Shown here: piece by piece, positions 31,227 to 41,653 of the stretch | Layout of the letters: every line of letters begins with the position of its first letter | Position numbering within the stretch: position 1 is the stretch's first letter | Assembly: GCA_963716725.1 (NCBI GenBank) | Contig: CAVQUB010000010.1 | Span: forward strand, 64,001-128,000 | Source of the DNA: an uncultured delta proteobacterium | GTDB taxonomy: Bacteria; Myxococcota_A; Polyangia; Polyangiales; Polyangiaceae | Direction of reading: 5' to 3' | DNA length: 64,000 nucleotides | The notes under the pieces: generated by a model | Seen by the model: only the letters and a program-made list of their open reading frames with translations | What the model was told of the DNA's origin: nothing | Database searches by the model: none | Made by a program: the position numbers and the translations under genes

Positions 31227-34200
31227 ATGGGGAAGGTGAATTCGCTGGTTGACTCGATGCGCCGGGGGGGGGGGCATCTTTCTCGGTTTGCCGCGAGCCG
31301 CAGGAGGGCTGCGACTTCGACGCTTGGTGGCACTGGGCCTGGTGCTCGGTGCTGTTCCTGCTTCGTGCGGCGGAGAGTCCCTCGGGTGGGACCTGAGCGA
31401 GTCCGGACAGCCCGTGATCTTCGGCGCAGACAATCGCAAGAACGTCATCGACTTCACCGGCAACAAGCAGACGCTGGGCTGGACTGACTCGGTCGCGATC
31501 GTCGGGCGCACCCCGGGCAAGACGGCGGCCGTTTGCAAGCAGACCACGACGGGGACGCGCTGCTACCTGAACACGTTACCTCGTACGAAGTGCCCGCTGC
31601 CCGGCTACTCCAATGCCAACGGGCTGTGCTCCGACCAGACGTTTGCGAGCGAGCGTTGGACTGGCGACTGCACCGCGTTTCGAGTTGGCGAGAAGCTGTT
31701 CGTCACCGCGGGGCATTGCCTCGGGCCCAACGACGGCAAGACCGGCGCGCCCAAGTGTTCGGAGACCGAGCTGGCGTTCGGGTTCCAGACAGCCTCGTTC
31801 AACCCCCAGACAAACAAGCCCAACGTGCCCGGCAGTGTCCGACGGAGGTCGGATGTCTACAAGTGCAGCAAAGTACTCGCACACCGGCATCCACTCATGA
31901 CAGACACCGACCGTCGCGACTACGCAGTCTTCGAGGTCGACCGCCCGGTCCTCGCGCACCACCTGTTGAGGATCCGAACACTGGGCGTGGCCAAGGTGGG
32001 AGACAGCGTCGCCCAACTTGGACACGGCCTGGGCCTTCCGCTCAAGGTCGTCGCCGCTGCGACCATCAAGCTTCTGCCGGATCCGAAGGCCACCTTCGAA
32101 TACTCCGCAGACGTAGTCGGTGGGGACAGCGGCGGGCCGGTGATCGACCTCGCCACCGGGCTGGTCACGGGCCTGGTCACCGCACGCCCGGACCCGCCCG
32201 GTGGCGAGTTCACCCTAGATTCGACGGGATCCTGCTATCGCTACGGTGCGTCTTGTAGCGAACTGGATGGATGCCCCGCCTTTGCGGGCGATCCGAAGTT
32301 CGCCGTCGCGACAGACCTGTCCGACGCGAACCTCCAGGGCGCGATCCCGACACCCCCACCCAACCCGACCCTCTTTGCGGATCTGGACCTCGACGGAGCC
32401 CCGGACGAGGTCTCCTTGAAGGTCGTGGCCGGCTTCTACGCCTTGGATCTGAAGATCAGCAGCGGGCAGATTTGCCCGCTTTGCCCCATCATCACGCCTA
32501 TACCGGCCGCGTTTCCGGCGCCGGATCTCTCGCCGGCGATCCACATCGGCGACTTCAACGGAGATCAGCGTCATGACGTGTTGGTCGTCTTCGATGGGTA
32601 TCCACCGGCGTACGCAGATGGCAAGAGCTTGCTGACGCTGAGCCCCTTCAGTCTCGCGCAGTCGTTCCTGTCGGGCTCGGTGTGGTCTCCGACGCCATAC
32701 TCGAGCTTCAGCGTTGCCGACTTCAACGAAGATGGCATCGACGATCTGCGCTCGCAAGACACCAGCGGGACAGTGCGGACGTTCATGGGGACTCGGTCGG
32801 GCCCCATCACCTCTGCGGGGCTCGCGCCGGCGGTCGAGGTACCCCCAGAGTGCGGAGAGAGCTCGCCCAGAGCGCTGAATTGGAGTTCCCTTCCCTTCAT
32901 GGCACGGCCGTACGAGGCCACGCGCGCGGTGGCGGTGGTGCCCGCCGACGTGGTCGGCGTTGCCGGCGGCGGAACTCTCCTCGCCATCGACTGCCCAGGG
33001 CCAACCAAGAAGAACCAGATCAAGCTCTTGGACCCGCGCAGCGGGGCCGTGAAGAAGACGATCGCCCTCACCGGCGGCGGCGAGTGGCGCTCATTCACGT
33101 ATCGGTTGGTGGAGAAGGACCTCCTTGCGCTGAGTAGCCCGCACGATCCGATGGGAAACTACACGGTCTTCCGCATCCCGCTCTCGAGCGGCTCGTCGGC
33201 CGCGGCGCAAACGCTCATCGTCCGCAAGCAAGATGGGATCGCGACCGGAGTCGGCTGGCACGCGAGCGCAGGGCGTATCCGTGTCCTCGTCGACGCGGGC
33301 GCCCCACGGGTCGACCGCTTTGCGCCGAACAACAGCTTCGTCATCGACGACTTCGTCGACGTCGCACCATGCATTCAAGGCCCCTACGAAAAAACGGCTC
33401 TCGTGGGCGGCCTCGCCGTCAGCGGAGAGGTGGAGGTTGGCGCATGCAACCACCTGGGTCTGGGCCGAGACAAGACGAACCTGCTCAATCTCGGCGTCAT
33501 CCAAGGGTCAAAGCGGCTCTCGGAGAACGCGCTGGAGTTGTTCCTGCACGACATCGAGTGCGACCCACTGACCTTCGAGACGGAGCCGAAGAACGTCATC
33601 TGGGGCGTGTCGCGCAGCGGTCGGATGATTCGGGCCTTCGAGGTCGATGGTGCAACGTGTGGGTTTGCGGGCTTTCCGCCGACGTCGAAGCTGTGCGTGA
33701 CGCCAGGCGACGGTCAGCCCGAAATCGTCGCCGTCTACTCCGGCGCAGGCGCGTCTTTCTTCCAGGGCGCGGACGGACGCATCTGGGCGTCCGGTGACAA
33801 CTCGCTCGGCCAACTCGGCCTCGGTGGCATTCCAAACGTGCTCGGCCCGACGTTGGTCCCGCCACTCCAGACTGCCAAAGGGATCGCCACGAGCTCGACG
33901 CACACGCTGGCCGTTCTTGGCGACGGAACCGTTGTCGCGACCGGGGACAACTCCTCCGGTCAACTCGGAAGGACGGACGTGGGCCCCAGCGGGCACCCGA
34001 TGCCGATCCCCTCCCTGACGGCTGCTGCAGTCGCGGCGGGCGACGGTTTCTCTGTGGCGTTGCTCGTGGACGGGACGGTCTGGACCTGGGGCGCGAATGA
34101 CGCGGGTCAGTTGGGCGACGGAACCACGCTCCCGCGCGCCGCTCCTGCCCCCGTCGCGTCCGACGTCGGGCCCATCGTGGCGATCGCAGCCGGGGGTCGC

Positions 34201-35559
34201 TTCGTGCTCGCGCTGGATGAAAACGGGCAAATCTGGGCCTGGGGAGCGAACGAGCGCGGGCAACTCGGCATTGGCAGCGAGTCGGCGTTCTCCGCGACAC
34301 CGGTTCGCGTTGCCCAGAGTGCCCGCGCGAACCCCGATGCCGACCGCGCGAGCGCGATTGCAGCGGGTCGCGCGCATGCGCTGGCTGCGACCGCCGATGG
34401 CCTGATCATCGCATGGGGCGAGAACTCTCGGGGCCAGCTTGGGAAGGCTCCGTCGAGCCCGGCCACGACACCTGTCCTGGTCCCAGGCGCGGCCGGCATC
34501 CGCGTGGTCGCAGCGGGTTCGGCGCACTCCGTCGCATTGACCGACGCAGGGAGCGTGTTCGCGTGGGGCGCCAACGACCACGGGGAACTCGGCGATGGAA
34601 CGACGCAGGAGCGCGCTACGCCTCTGCCGGTCCTCGATCGCTGCAGCCGCACAGGAACGGTCCGCGCAGCGTCGAGCGTTGCGGCGGGGGCGGCCCACAC
34701 GCTGGCCGTCGGCAGTGTGCTCGCTTGGGGGAGCAACGCGCAAGGGCAACTCGGGCTCGGCAGCTCCGAGGACGCTTCAACAGCCAGCCCGGTAGTGTTC
34801 AACCACGCTCCGAGCTGTGCGTCGGCCACGGCATTGCCGGGCGTCGTGCTCTGGCCGCCGAACGGAGCTCTCTTCGACGTGAGCGTCAGCGGCGTGATCG
34901 ATCCCGACGGGGATCCCGTCCAGATCGAGGTGACAGGCGTCTCCCAGGACGAGTCACAGCAAGCCCCCGGCCAGGGCAGCGTGAACCCAGATGCATTCAT
35001 CGTTCAGGGCAAGGCCAAACTCCGAGCCGAACGCTCAGGACAGGGCGACGGGCGCGTCTACCACCTCAGGTTCCGAGCGTCAGATCCGGGTGGAGCTGCG
35101 TGCACCGGCGTGATCCGAGTCTGCGTCCCACACAACGGAAAGACGTGCGGCGACGGAGGACCGCTTCACGTCTCGACCGAGCCGCCCGGCCTCGGAGCGT
35201 GTCAAAGCATGCCGGGCGAGCCGGACGACTGCCACGCTTGCTCGCGGACGCAGTGCTGCGGCGAGCTGACGGCCTGCGCAGCCGACGCTGCGTGCACGTC
35301 GGGGGGGCCCGACGGTCGCGGAGAGTTCGTGTGCCTGCGTGACTGCCTCGGCACAGCGGTCGCCACGTCGTACGACCTTGTCGCCGCCAGCGTTTCGTGT
35401 GCGGCCAGTTGCGCCACGAAGAGCAAGAAGCTCTCACCGAAGACCTCAAGCTTGCTCTCCTGCATCGCTGGATCCGTCGGAGCGATGGTCGGCGGGCACT
35501 GCGCCGCCGAGTGTCTGGGCGGGGACGCATCCCCCGTGCTGCTGGAGGCACCGAGGTGA
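31227..35559 (+). CDS. Large mosaic lipoprotein: trypsin-like protease, FG-GAP, RCC1 repeats, WPPN Ig-like domain, Cys-rich tail; 5' end out of frame at a G11 tract
   Basis: TAGHC/DYAVF/GDSGGP triad; GDFNGD and ADFNED; repeated WGxNxxGQLG; GGAGG RBS precedes ATG 31227, which joins the 31249-35559 frame if G11 (31264-31274) is G10. Confidence 0.85.
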
Positions 35560-36323
35560 GATGCGCTCGGTGGGCTTGCTCTGGCCTGCTCGTCGCCACG
35601 GGTTGCTCGACGCCACCACAACCAGCTGTCAAGCCCAGGCCCGCGCCAGTAGCGACGGCGACGGCGGACGCTGCCCAGCCCGCCCGGCCAACGCCAGAGG
35701 TGGGGGAGCACTCGGGCATCATGCCGGAGGATCTATGGATCCCGTACCGCTTCCAGCTCGTGCGAGAGAAGGAGCCGATCGATCCAGAGTGGTCGACTAG
35801 CACCGAGAACCTCCTGCTCGAACGCTTTGTCGATACCTCCAATCGCCATTTGGTCGCCGTGCAGTGCCGGCGCATGACGTGCCTCACGGCGTTCATCCTT
35901 CGCCCTCCCGCCGAACCACCGAACTGGCCGATCCTCGACTGGGCGGGTGCGCGTTGGGGAACCACCCGCGAGCGCTCCGACGGTTGGATCGACGTGCTCA
36001 TAGTCAACAAGCGGCACCCCGACGACCGGCCGGACGTCGGAGAGCGGGTTGCTTCCCATGGTGCTCCGAACTCCTCCGCGGCCTGCCGCGCCGAGCGGCG
36101 CGGGTATTCGACCGAGTCGGATTTTCGCACTTGCGCCGTCGTCGCGTCCTTCGGCCATGCGCAGGACTTCCTCTGCTTCGGGTCCCGGGATGATGCGTGC
36201 GACTGCGCGTGCAGCATGTGGGGACGTGAATTAACACGCTGTAGGATGGACGAAGCCCATCTCGTGGGCTGCTCCGGACCGCACCGTTACCCCGAGTGGA
36301 AGGTGGAGTTCTTTCCACCTTGA
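35556..36323 (+). CDS. Hypothetical Cys-rich lipoprotein
   Basis: GGAGG RBS, GTGA overlap with the upstream stop, lipobox ATGC. Confidence 0.65.
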   Translation: MRCARWACSGLLVATGCSTPPQPAVKPRPAPVATATADAAQPARPTPEVGEHSGIMPEDLWIPYRFQLVREKEPIDPEWSTSTENLLLERFVDTSNRHLVAVQCRRMTCLTAFILRPPAEPPNWPILDWAGARWGTTRERSDGWIDVLIVNKRHPDDRPDVGERVASHGAPNSSAACRAERRGYSTESDFRTCAVVASFGHAQDFLCFGSRDDACDCACSMWGRELTRCRMDEAHLVGCSGPHRYPEWKVEFFPP

Positions 36324-36357
36324 CCGCTCCTGGGTCACGGCACCCGGGCGATTCCGA
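36324..36357. repeat. Right direct repeat overlapping the SBP stop codon
   Basis: Exact core at 36332-36352, offset 5272 from the left copy. Confidence 0.9.
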
Positions 36358-37816
36358 GCCAGCGCCCCTCGGCGGAGAGGGCGAAGCTCGCTGCGCGGTC
36401 GGACACGACGGCGATTTGGTCTTCGTGCCACAGCGGTAGGACCGGCAGGTCGCGCTGCATGCGCTCGGCGATGCGAGCGTAGAGATCTTTGCGTCGAGCC
36501 GCGTCCCGCGTCGCGCCGGCGGCGTCGAGCCAATTGCCCACCTCGGGGTCGCGATAACGCGCGCGGTTCTTGCCCTCACCGCCCTCGCCGGGCACTCCGC
36601 GCGGGTGGAAGAACCACGCCAGCACGTTTGGCTCGGTGAGCTCGGGCATCTGAAGCGTCGCCATCTCGAAGTCGCCCGCGTCGAGGCGAGCGAGCAGCAC
36701 GCCGAAGTCGAGGGTGACGACGCGCACGCTCAGCCCCGCGTCTCCGAGCATCTGCGCGATGGCCCGCGCGATGGTCACGCGCAGCCAATCGGTGCTCGTG
36801 ACCAGCGTGACCTCGGGCAGACTCGCCAAGAGCGCGCGCTCGGGGCCGGGATCGAAGCGCTGACTCGGCAGCGACTCGGGCGCTGCCCAGTGGCCTCGTG
36901 GCAAGAGCCCGTTCGCGCTCTCGGCGCGTCCCGCCAGAAGCGTCCGCACGATCTGCTCGCGGTCGATGGATCGCGCGATGGCTCGGCGGACCTCTGGGCG
37001 ATCGAAGGGCGGCCGTTCGTTCTGGTACAGGAGGTAGCTGATGTTCGCGCCGGTGCGAGCTCGGATTGTCAGACCCGCGCGCCCTTCGAGTGACGGCAAC
37101 AGAGTCGGCGACAGCGCGTTGGGTGCGACGTCGGCGCGGCCGGCGAGCAGCCGGAGCGCGCGGGCGTTCTCGTCGCGGATGCTGCGAATCACGACGGAGT
37201 GGCGCGGCCGGGGCAGCACTCCGGTGTCGGCTGGTTCGAGCTCGACCACGGCCGGCGTTGCGCGGGTCACACGATACGGACCGATCCCGTCCAGGCCGCC
37301 CAGGGGCTGCGGGGCCCATCGAGCCTGGTCCTCTCGCAAGATCGGCACCTCGAGATCAGTGAGCAGCGTCGCACGATCGGTCGCGAGCTCGATGCGCAGC
37401 CGCTGTTCCGCCTGGGGCACGCAGGATCCAATGGCGCGTACGACCGCGCGGTGCGGGCTGCCGAGCTTGGCCTCCCCGAGGGCCGTGAGGGTCGCACACA
37501 CGTCCGCCGACGTGAGCGGCTTGCCGCTGTGGAAGGTCACGCCAGGCCGAAGCTCGACCTCGAGCACGCGGTCACTCACGAAGCGCCAGCGCTGGGCGGC
37601 CAAGGGCACGGGCGCGAGGGTGTCCGGATCGAGCCCGACCAGACCGGCGTGGATCAAGCGGGTCGTCTTGACGTCGTGGCCGCGGGTCGAGAACCTCGGA
37701 TCGAGGGTGGCGATCTCCTGGGGCAGCACGATCTCGAGGGGGCGCTCGCTCGGGGGCGCCCGCTCCGCGCAGCTCGATGCGGCTGAAAGCAGGCCGAAGA
37801 CCACCGCGATGCGCAC
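36335..37816 (-). CDS. ABC peptide/nickel substrate-binding protein (family 5), no adjacent permeases
   Basis: TLDPR, LRPGVTFHSG, GIGPY, VRRAIARSIDR, DLPVLPLW. Confidence 0.92.
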   Translation of the reverse strand: MRIAVVFGLLSAASSCAERAPPSERPLEIVLPQEIATLDPRFSTRGHDVKTTRLIHAGLVGLDPDTLAPVPLAAQRWRFVSDRVLEVELRPGVTFHSGKPLTSADVCATLTALGEAKLGSPHRAVVRAIGSCVPQAEQRLRIELATDRATLLTDLEVPILREDQARWAPQPLGGLDGIGPYRVTRATPAVVELEPADTGVLPRPRHSVVIRSIRDENARALRLLAGRADVAPNALSPTLLPSLEGRAGLTIRARTGANISYLLYQNERPPFDRPEVRRAIARSIDREQIVRTLLAGRAESANGLLPRGHWAAPESLPSQRFDPGPERALLASLPEVTLVTSTDWLRVTIARAIAQMLGDAGLSVRVVTLDFGVLLARLDAGDFEMATLQMPELTEPNVLAWFFHPRGVPGEGGEGKNRARYRDPEVGNWLDAAGATRDAARRKDLYARIAERMQRDLPVLPLWHEDQIAVVSDRAASFALSAEGRWLGIARVP

Positions 37817-37908
37817 GGGTCGGTCATAGACCAGGGCGGAGGCAGGCGCGAGTTTCCAGGGCCCAGGAATTGCCCAAAGGCCGAGCTGCGTTTATCTCCA
37901 GAGGGCCC

Positions 37909-39351
37909 ATGCGAAACGCGGTCCTAGCTCTGCTCGTCGCAGCCGCCTTGGCGGGCCACGCCGCGACAGCGAGCGCAGAGCCGCCGCCCGCCGCCGCCCG
38001 CGCGGTCGCCACGACGCAGACGGAGCTCGACCGCCTCGCAGCCTGGGTCGATCGCCAGAAGGGTGAGCTGTCGGCTCGGATCGTGGAAGTCGAGACGGGA
38101 CGGGTGATCGCCGAGAAGAACCCGGTGCTCTCCCTCAACCCGGCGTCCAATGCCAAGGTCGTCACCGCGGCGGCGCTGCTCGCACGGCTTGGGACGGACC
38201 ATCGCTTCAAGAGCGGGCTGTACGGCGAAGTCACCGGTGGAGTGGTGGCGCGGCTGGTGCTGCGCTCGAACGGTGATCCCAGCCTCTCGAGTCGAGACCT
38301 CGAGAAGCTGGTCAAGGCGGTCGCCGACGCGGGCGTCAAGCGTGTCGGCGAGATCTTGGTCGATCAGGGCGCCTTCGACCCGCGCTTCGTGCCGCCGGCG
38401 TTCGAGCAGCAGCCAGCCGAGTGGGCACCATTTCGTGCCCCGGTGAGCGCGGTGTCGCTCGATCGCAACGCCTTCGTCGTGCGCGTGGCTCCAGGATCCA
38501 TCGGCGAACCGGCCCGCGTCAGCGTCGATCCGGCGGGGTTCGTGGACATCGAGGGCAAGATCGTCACCGAGAAGAAGGGCAAGGGAAAGTCCCTCCGCGT
38601 CGAGATGCGCCCGAACGGCAGCGCGCTCGCGATCCGCTTGTCGGGTCACATCGCCATCGACGCCAAGCCCACTGCCTTCGCAAAACGCGTCGAGGATCCG
38701 CGGCTGTACGCTGGCCACGTGCTCAGGGCGCTGCTGAAGCGTCGCGGGGTCCCGGTCGATGGTGGTGTGAGCGAGGGCGGCAAAAGCGAGACCCACGCGC
38801 TAGCGGAGAAATCCAGCGAGCCCGTGTCGATGCTGCTGCGCGAGGTCGGGAAGCACAGCGACAACTTCACTGCCGAGACGCTGCTGAAGGCATTGGGCGC
38901 AGCGACCAGTCGCCGTCCTGGCAGCAGCGCCGACGGCGCGGCCGCGGTCAGCGAATGGATGAAGTCGGCGGGGGCCCTGGACTCGAGCACTCGTATCGTC
39001 AACGGATCCGGGCTGTTCGATGCGAATCGGATCAGCGCGGCGTCGCTCGTTGCTGCGCAGATCGCCGCATCGAAAGAACCCAAGACCGGATCGGCTTTCG
39101 TCGACCAACTCGCGGTGGGCGGAGTCGACGGCACGCTCCGCAACCGCTTTCGCAGCAAGCGGCTCAAGCAGAAGCTTCGCGGCAAGACCGGCACGCTGGC
39201 TCGCGCCCACTCGCTGTCCGGGGTCGTGCTCGGGGACGATGGGCGGCCCCGCTTCGCGTTCGCGCTGCTGATCAACGGCATCGGAACCAAAGCCGACGAG
39301 CAGCGACGCTGGATCGATCGCGTGGTGGAGAGGGCGGCGGCGGAGCGCTGA
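37909..39351 (+). CDS. dacB: D-Ala-D-Ala carboxypeptidase/endopeptidase PBP4
   Basis: PASNAK, GDPSL, SDN, NGSGL, GVDGTL, KTGTL. Confidence 0.93.
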   Translation: MRNAVLALLVAAALAGHAATASAEPPPAAARAVATTQTELDRLAAWVDRQKGELSARIVEVETGRVIAEKNPVLSLNPASNAKVVTAAALLARLGTDHRFKSGLYGEVTGGVVARLVLRSNGDPSLSSRDLEKLVKAVADAGVKRVGEILVDQGAFDPRFVPPAFEQQPAEWAPFRAPVSAVSLDRNAFVVRVAPGSIGEPARVSVDPAGFVDIEGKIVTEKKGKGKSLRVEMRPNGSALAIRLSGHIAIDAKPTAFAKRVEDPRLYAGHVLRALLKRRGVPVDGGVSEGGKSETHALAEKSSEPVSMLLREVGKHSDNFTAETLLKALGAATSRRPGSSADGAAAVSEWMKSAGALDSSTRIVNGSGLFDANRISAASLVAAQIAASKEPKTGSAFVDQLAVGGVDGTLRNRFRSKRLKQKLRGKTGTLARAHSLSGVVLGDDGRPRFAFALLINGIGTKADEQRRWIDRVVERAAAER

Positions 39352-39392
39352 TCGCCAGGCTGGGGGCGGGCTTCGGCGGCGCTCGTGCTTGG

Positions 39393-39411
39393 GTATGACC
39401 AGAGTTATACT
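39393..39411 (+). promoter_or_regulatory. TA operator palindrome overlapping a -10 box
   Basis: GTATGAC-N4-GTTATAC; TATACT at 39406-39411, 6 nt before GTG 39418 (leaderless geometry). Confidence 0.6.
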
Positions 39412-39417
39412 CCGGGA

Positions 39418-39660
39418 GTGAAGACGGCCATCTCGATCCCAGACGACGTGTTCCGCGACGCGGAGCGCTTCGCCAAGAAGCTGGGCCTCTCGCGCAGCGA
39501 GCTCTTCACCCGGGCGGTGCGGGGCTACGTCGAAGAGCACCAAGCTCGAGAGCTTCGCGCCTCGTACGATCGAGCGTTCGGGTCCGACAGCGGCGACGAC
39601 GACACGAGCGAGCTCGCAAAGCGCGCCGCAACTCGGGCACTTTCCGACGTCGAGTGGTGA
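39418..39660 (+). CDS. Ribbon-helix-helix antitoxin
   Basis: MKTAISIPDDVF...LGLSRSELFTRA. Confidence 0.9.
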   Translation: MKTAISIPDDVFRDAERFAKKLGLSRSELFTRAVRGYVEEHQARELRASYDRAFGSDSGDDDTSELAKRAATRALSDVEW

Positions 39661-40002
39661 TGGAAACGAGGGGAGGTGTGGTGGGCGGATTTCGGAGCTC
39701 CGAGAGGATAAGCCCCGGCGCTTCGCCGCCCGGTCTTGATTGTCCAAGACGACGTGCTCACCGAGTCTGCGCTGCGGACCGTAATGGTGGTGCCGTTGAC
39801 CTCGAATCTGCGTCGGGCGGAGGCCATCGGGAACGTGTTGTTACAGCCCCGCGAGACCGGGCTCGATCGCGCTTCCGTCGTTCTCGTGCGTCAGGTCATG
39901 ACGCTGGACGCCGCGCATTTCGATCGGATCGTCGGCAGCCTGTCGCCTCGCGCTCGCAAGACCGTGGACGCGGGGCTGAAGCTCGCGCTCGCCCTCGGAT
40001 GA
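39654..40002 (+). pseudogene. mazF: PemK/MazF toxin, broken in this sequence (+1 base near start, in-frame TAA 39709-39711); possibly sequencing error
   Basis: KRGEVWWADF..RG*APALRRPVLIVQDD..VVPLTSN..GNVLL. Confidence 0.6.
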
Positions 40003-40041
40003 GCCGCTGCAGGGCGCTCGGCCGTTGCCGCCTCCAGGGCC

Positions 40042-41304
40042 GTGGGGCATCGTAGGCGCGTGTCGGCAGACCCCCATCCTCCGCCCTGGGCGGAGCTCGG
40101 CAGCGCCTATCGCTCCGTGAAGGTCCTCGCGGGCGGCGAGCTCGGGGTCGCGACGAAGGACCACCTGGTGACGATCTTTGGTGCTGCGCGCACGGTCGTG
40201 CACCTGGATCTCGAAGGACGACTCCATCGGGCGTGGCTCGGCGACAGATCGTATCAACGCGGCCTCGACGGGAGGGTTCGACGCGTCACCTTCGAGGGCG
40301 AAGGTCGCGATCGTTCAATCGCCATCGAGATTGTGTCACCGGGGCTGGCGGCCGGCGTGTTCGCGCAAATTGGGGAGCTGGTCGCCGCTGCGCATGCTGC
40401 GCTGCCTGCCGACGTCGAGCCGGTCGTCGCCGAGACGCTCGCGCTTGCGCTGGGCGCGTTTGCTCCGAGCGCGGTGGAAGGGGAGGCGGCGAAATTCCGC
40501 GCCGCCTACGATCCGATCCCAATCCTGCCGCCGGATCGCAACCGCGCGCTGGTGATCCAGCTCACCTCCGGATGCTCCTGGAACCGTTGTACGTTCTGCC
40601 ACCTCTACCGCGATACGCGCTTCAGCATGAAGACGCCCGAGTCACTGGCGGACCACATCGGGCGGGTGCTCGGCGTGGTTGGCCGGGCGCTGCCGCTGCG
40701 CCGGGGTGTGTTTTTGGGCCAGGCCAACGCCCTGGTGATCGCGCGAGACAAGCTCTTGCCGCTGATCGACGTCGTGAACGCCGAGCTCCGGCGGGCGAGT
40801 GCTCCGGCTGCGTTCAGGTCGCTGTCGGCCTTCGTGGACGCCTTCTCGAGCCCGAAGCGCGTCGAGGAGTGGGCCGAACTCAGGCAGCGGGGCCTCGAGA
40901 GCGTGTCCCTCGGCCTCGAGAGCGGCAGCGACGACGTGCTGGCGACGCTGGGCAAGCCCGCGGAGTCGGCCGGCGCAGTTCGCCTGGTCGAGCAGCTCCG
41001 CGAGGCTGGCATCGGCGTCGGCGTCATCGTGCTCGCGGGCGCGGGTGGAGCGCGATGGCAAGAGCGCCACGTCGGCGCGACGGTCGAGGTCATTGCGCGC
41101 ATGGGCCTTCGGAAGGGCGATCGCGTGTACCTCTCGCCGCTGCAGGTCGAGCAGGGCTCGGGCTTTCAAGCGGCGTTCCAAGAGTTGGGAACGCTCTGCC
41201 TGGCCGAGATCGAGGCGCAGGCGAACAGCATCCGCGCGGGCCTGCGGGCGGCGGGGGTCAGCGTGCCCGTCGCGCGCTACGACATCCGAAGGTTCGTGTA
41301 CTGA
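40042..41304 (+). CDS. Radical SAM protein
   Basis: GCSWNRCTFC, GLESGSD; start uncertain. Confidence 0.88.
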   Translation: MGHRRRVSADPHPPPWAELGSAYRSVKVLAGGELGVATKDHLVTIFGAARTVVHLDLEGRLHRAWLGDRSYQRGLDGRVRRVTFEGEGRDRSIAIEIVSPGLAAGVFAQIGELVAAAHAALPADVEPVVAETLALALGAFAPSAVEGEAAKFRAAYDPIPILPPDRNRALVIQLTSGCSWNRCTFCHLYRDTRFSMKTPESLADHIGRVLGVVGRALPLRRGVFLGQANALVIARDKLLPLIDVVNAELRRASAPAAFRSLSAFVDAFSSPKRVEEWAELRQRGLESVSLGLESGSDDVLATLGKPAESAGAVRLVEQLREAGIGVGVIVLAGAGGARWQERHVGATVEVIARMGLRKGDRVYLSPLQVEQGSGFQAAFQELGTLCLAEIEAQANSIRAGLRAAGVSVPVARYDIRRFVY

Positions 41305-41389
41305 GGGTTCGGTCGAGCGGTCGGATTCACAGGAAGGCGGGAAGGCGGGAAGGCGGGAGGCGGTGCAGCATGACGGCAGCTCCGCCGCG

Positions 41390-41653
41390 CTACGCTGAAC
41401 TCGTCGAGGTCACGACTTTCGTCGCGTCCGTGCCGAGGGCGCGTTCGCGTTCGCGTTCGCGCCGCCGCACATGCCAGATGCCCAACCCGATGAGCGTGCC
41501 GATCAGCATCAGGGGAAACAGGCTCAAGAAGATGGTGGAGCCCACGTAGGCGTCGCGGGTGGCGTTGTTCTGCGGGGTCCCGCAGACCGGGCATCCGGCG
41601 GCCACGGCCGGAGCCAAGAAGGCGAGGCAGCCCGCCCAGAGCCCGGGCCTCAT
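41390..41653 (-). CDS. Small membrane protein with CPxC motif, last gene of the oxidase operon
   Basis: Signal-like N-terminus, CPVC, one TM, ATGA overlap. Confidence 0.75.
   Translation of the reverse strand: MRPGLWAGCLAFLAPAVAAGCPVCGTPQNNATRDAYVGSTIFLSLFPLMLIGTLIGLGIWHVRRRERERERALGTDATKVVTSTSSA

Noticed and set aside
41332..41363. GGAAGGCG microsatellite as a regulatory G-quadruplex
   Set aside because: Short simple repeat between convergent genes with no supporting evidence
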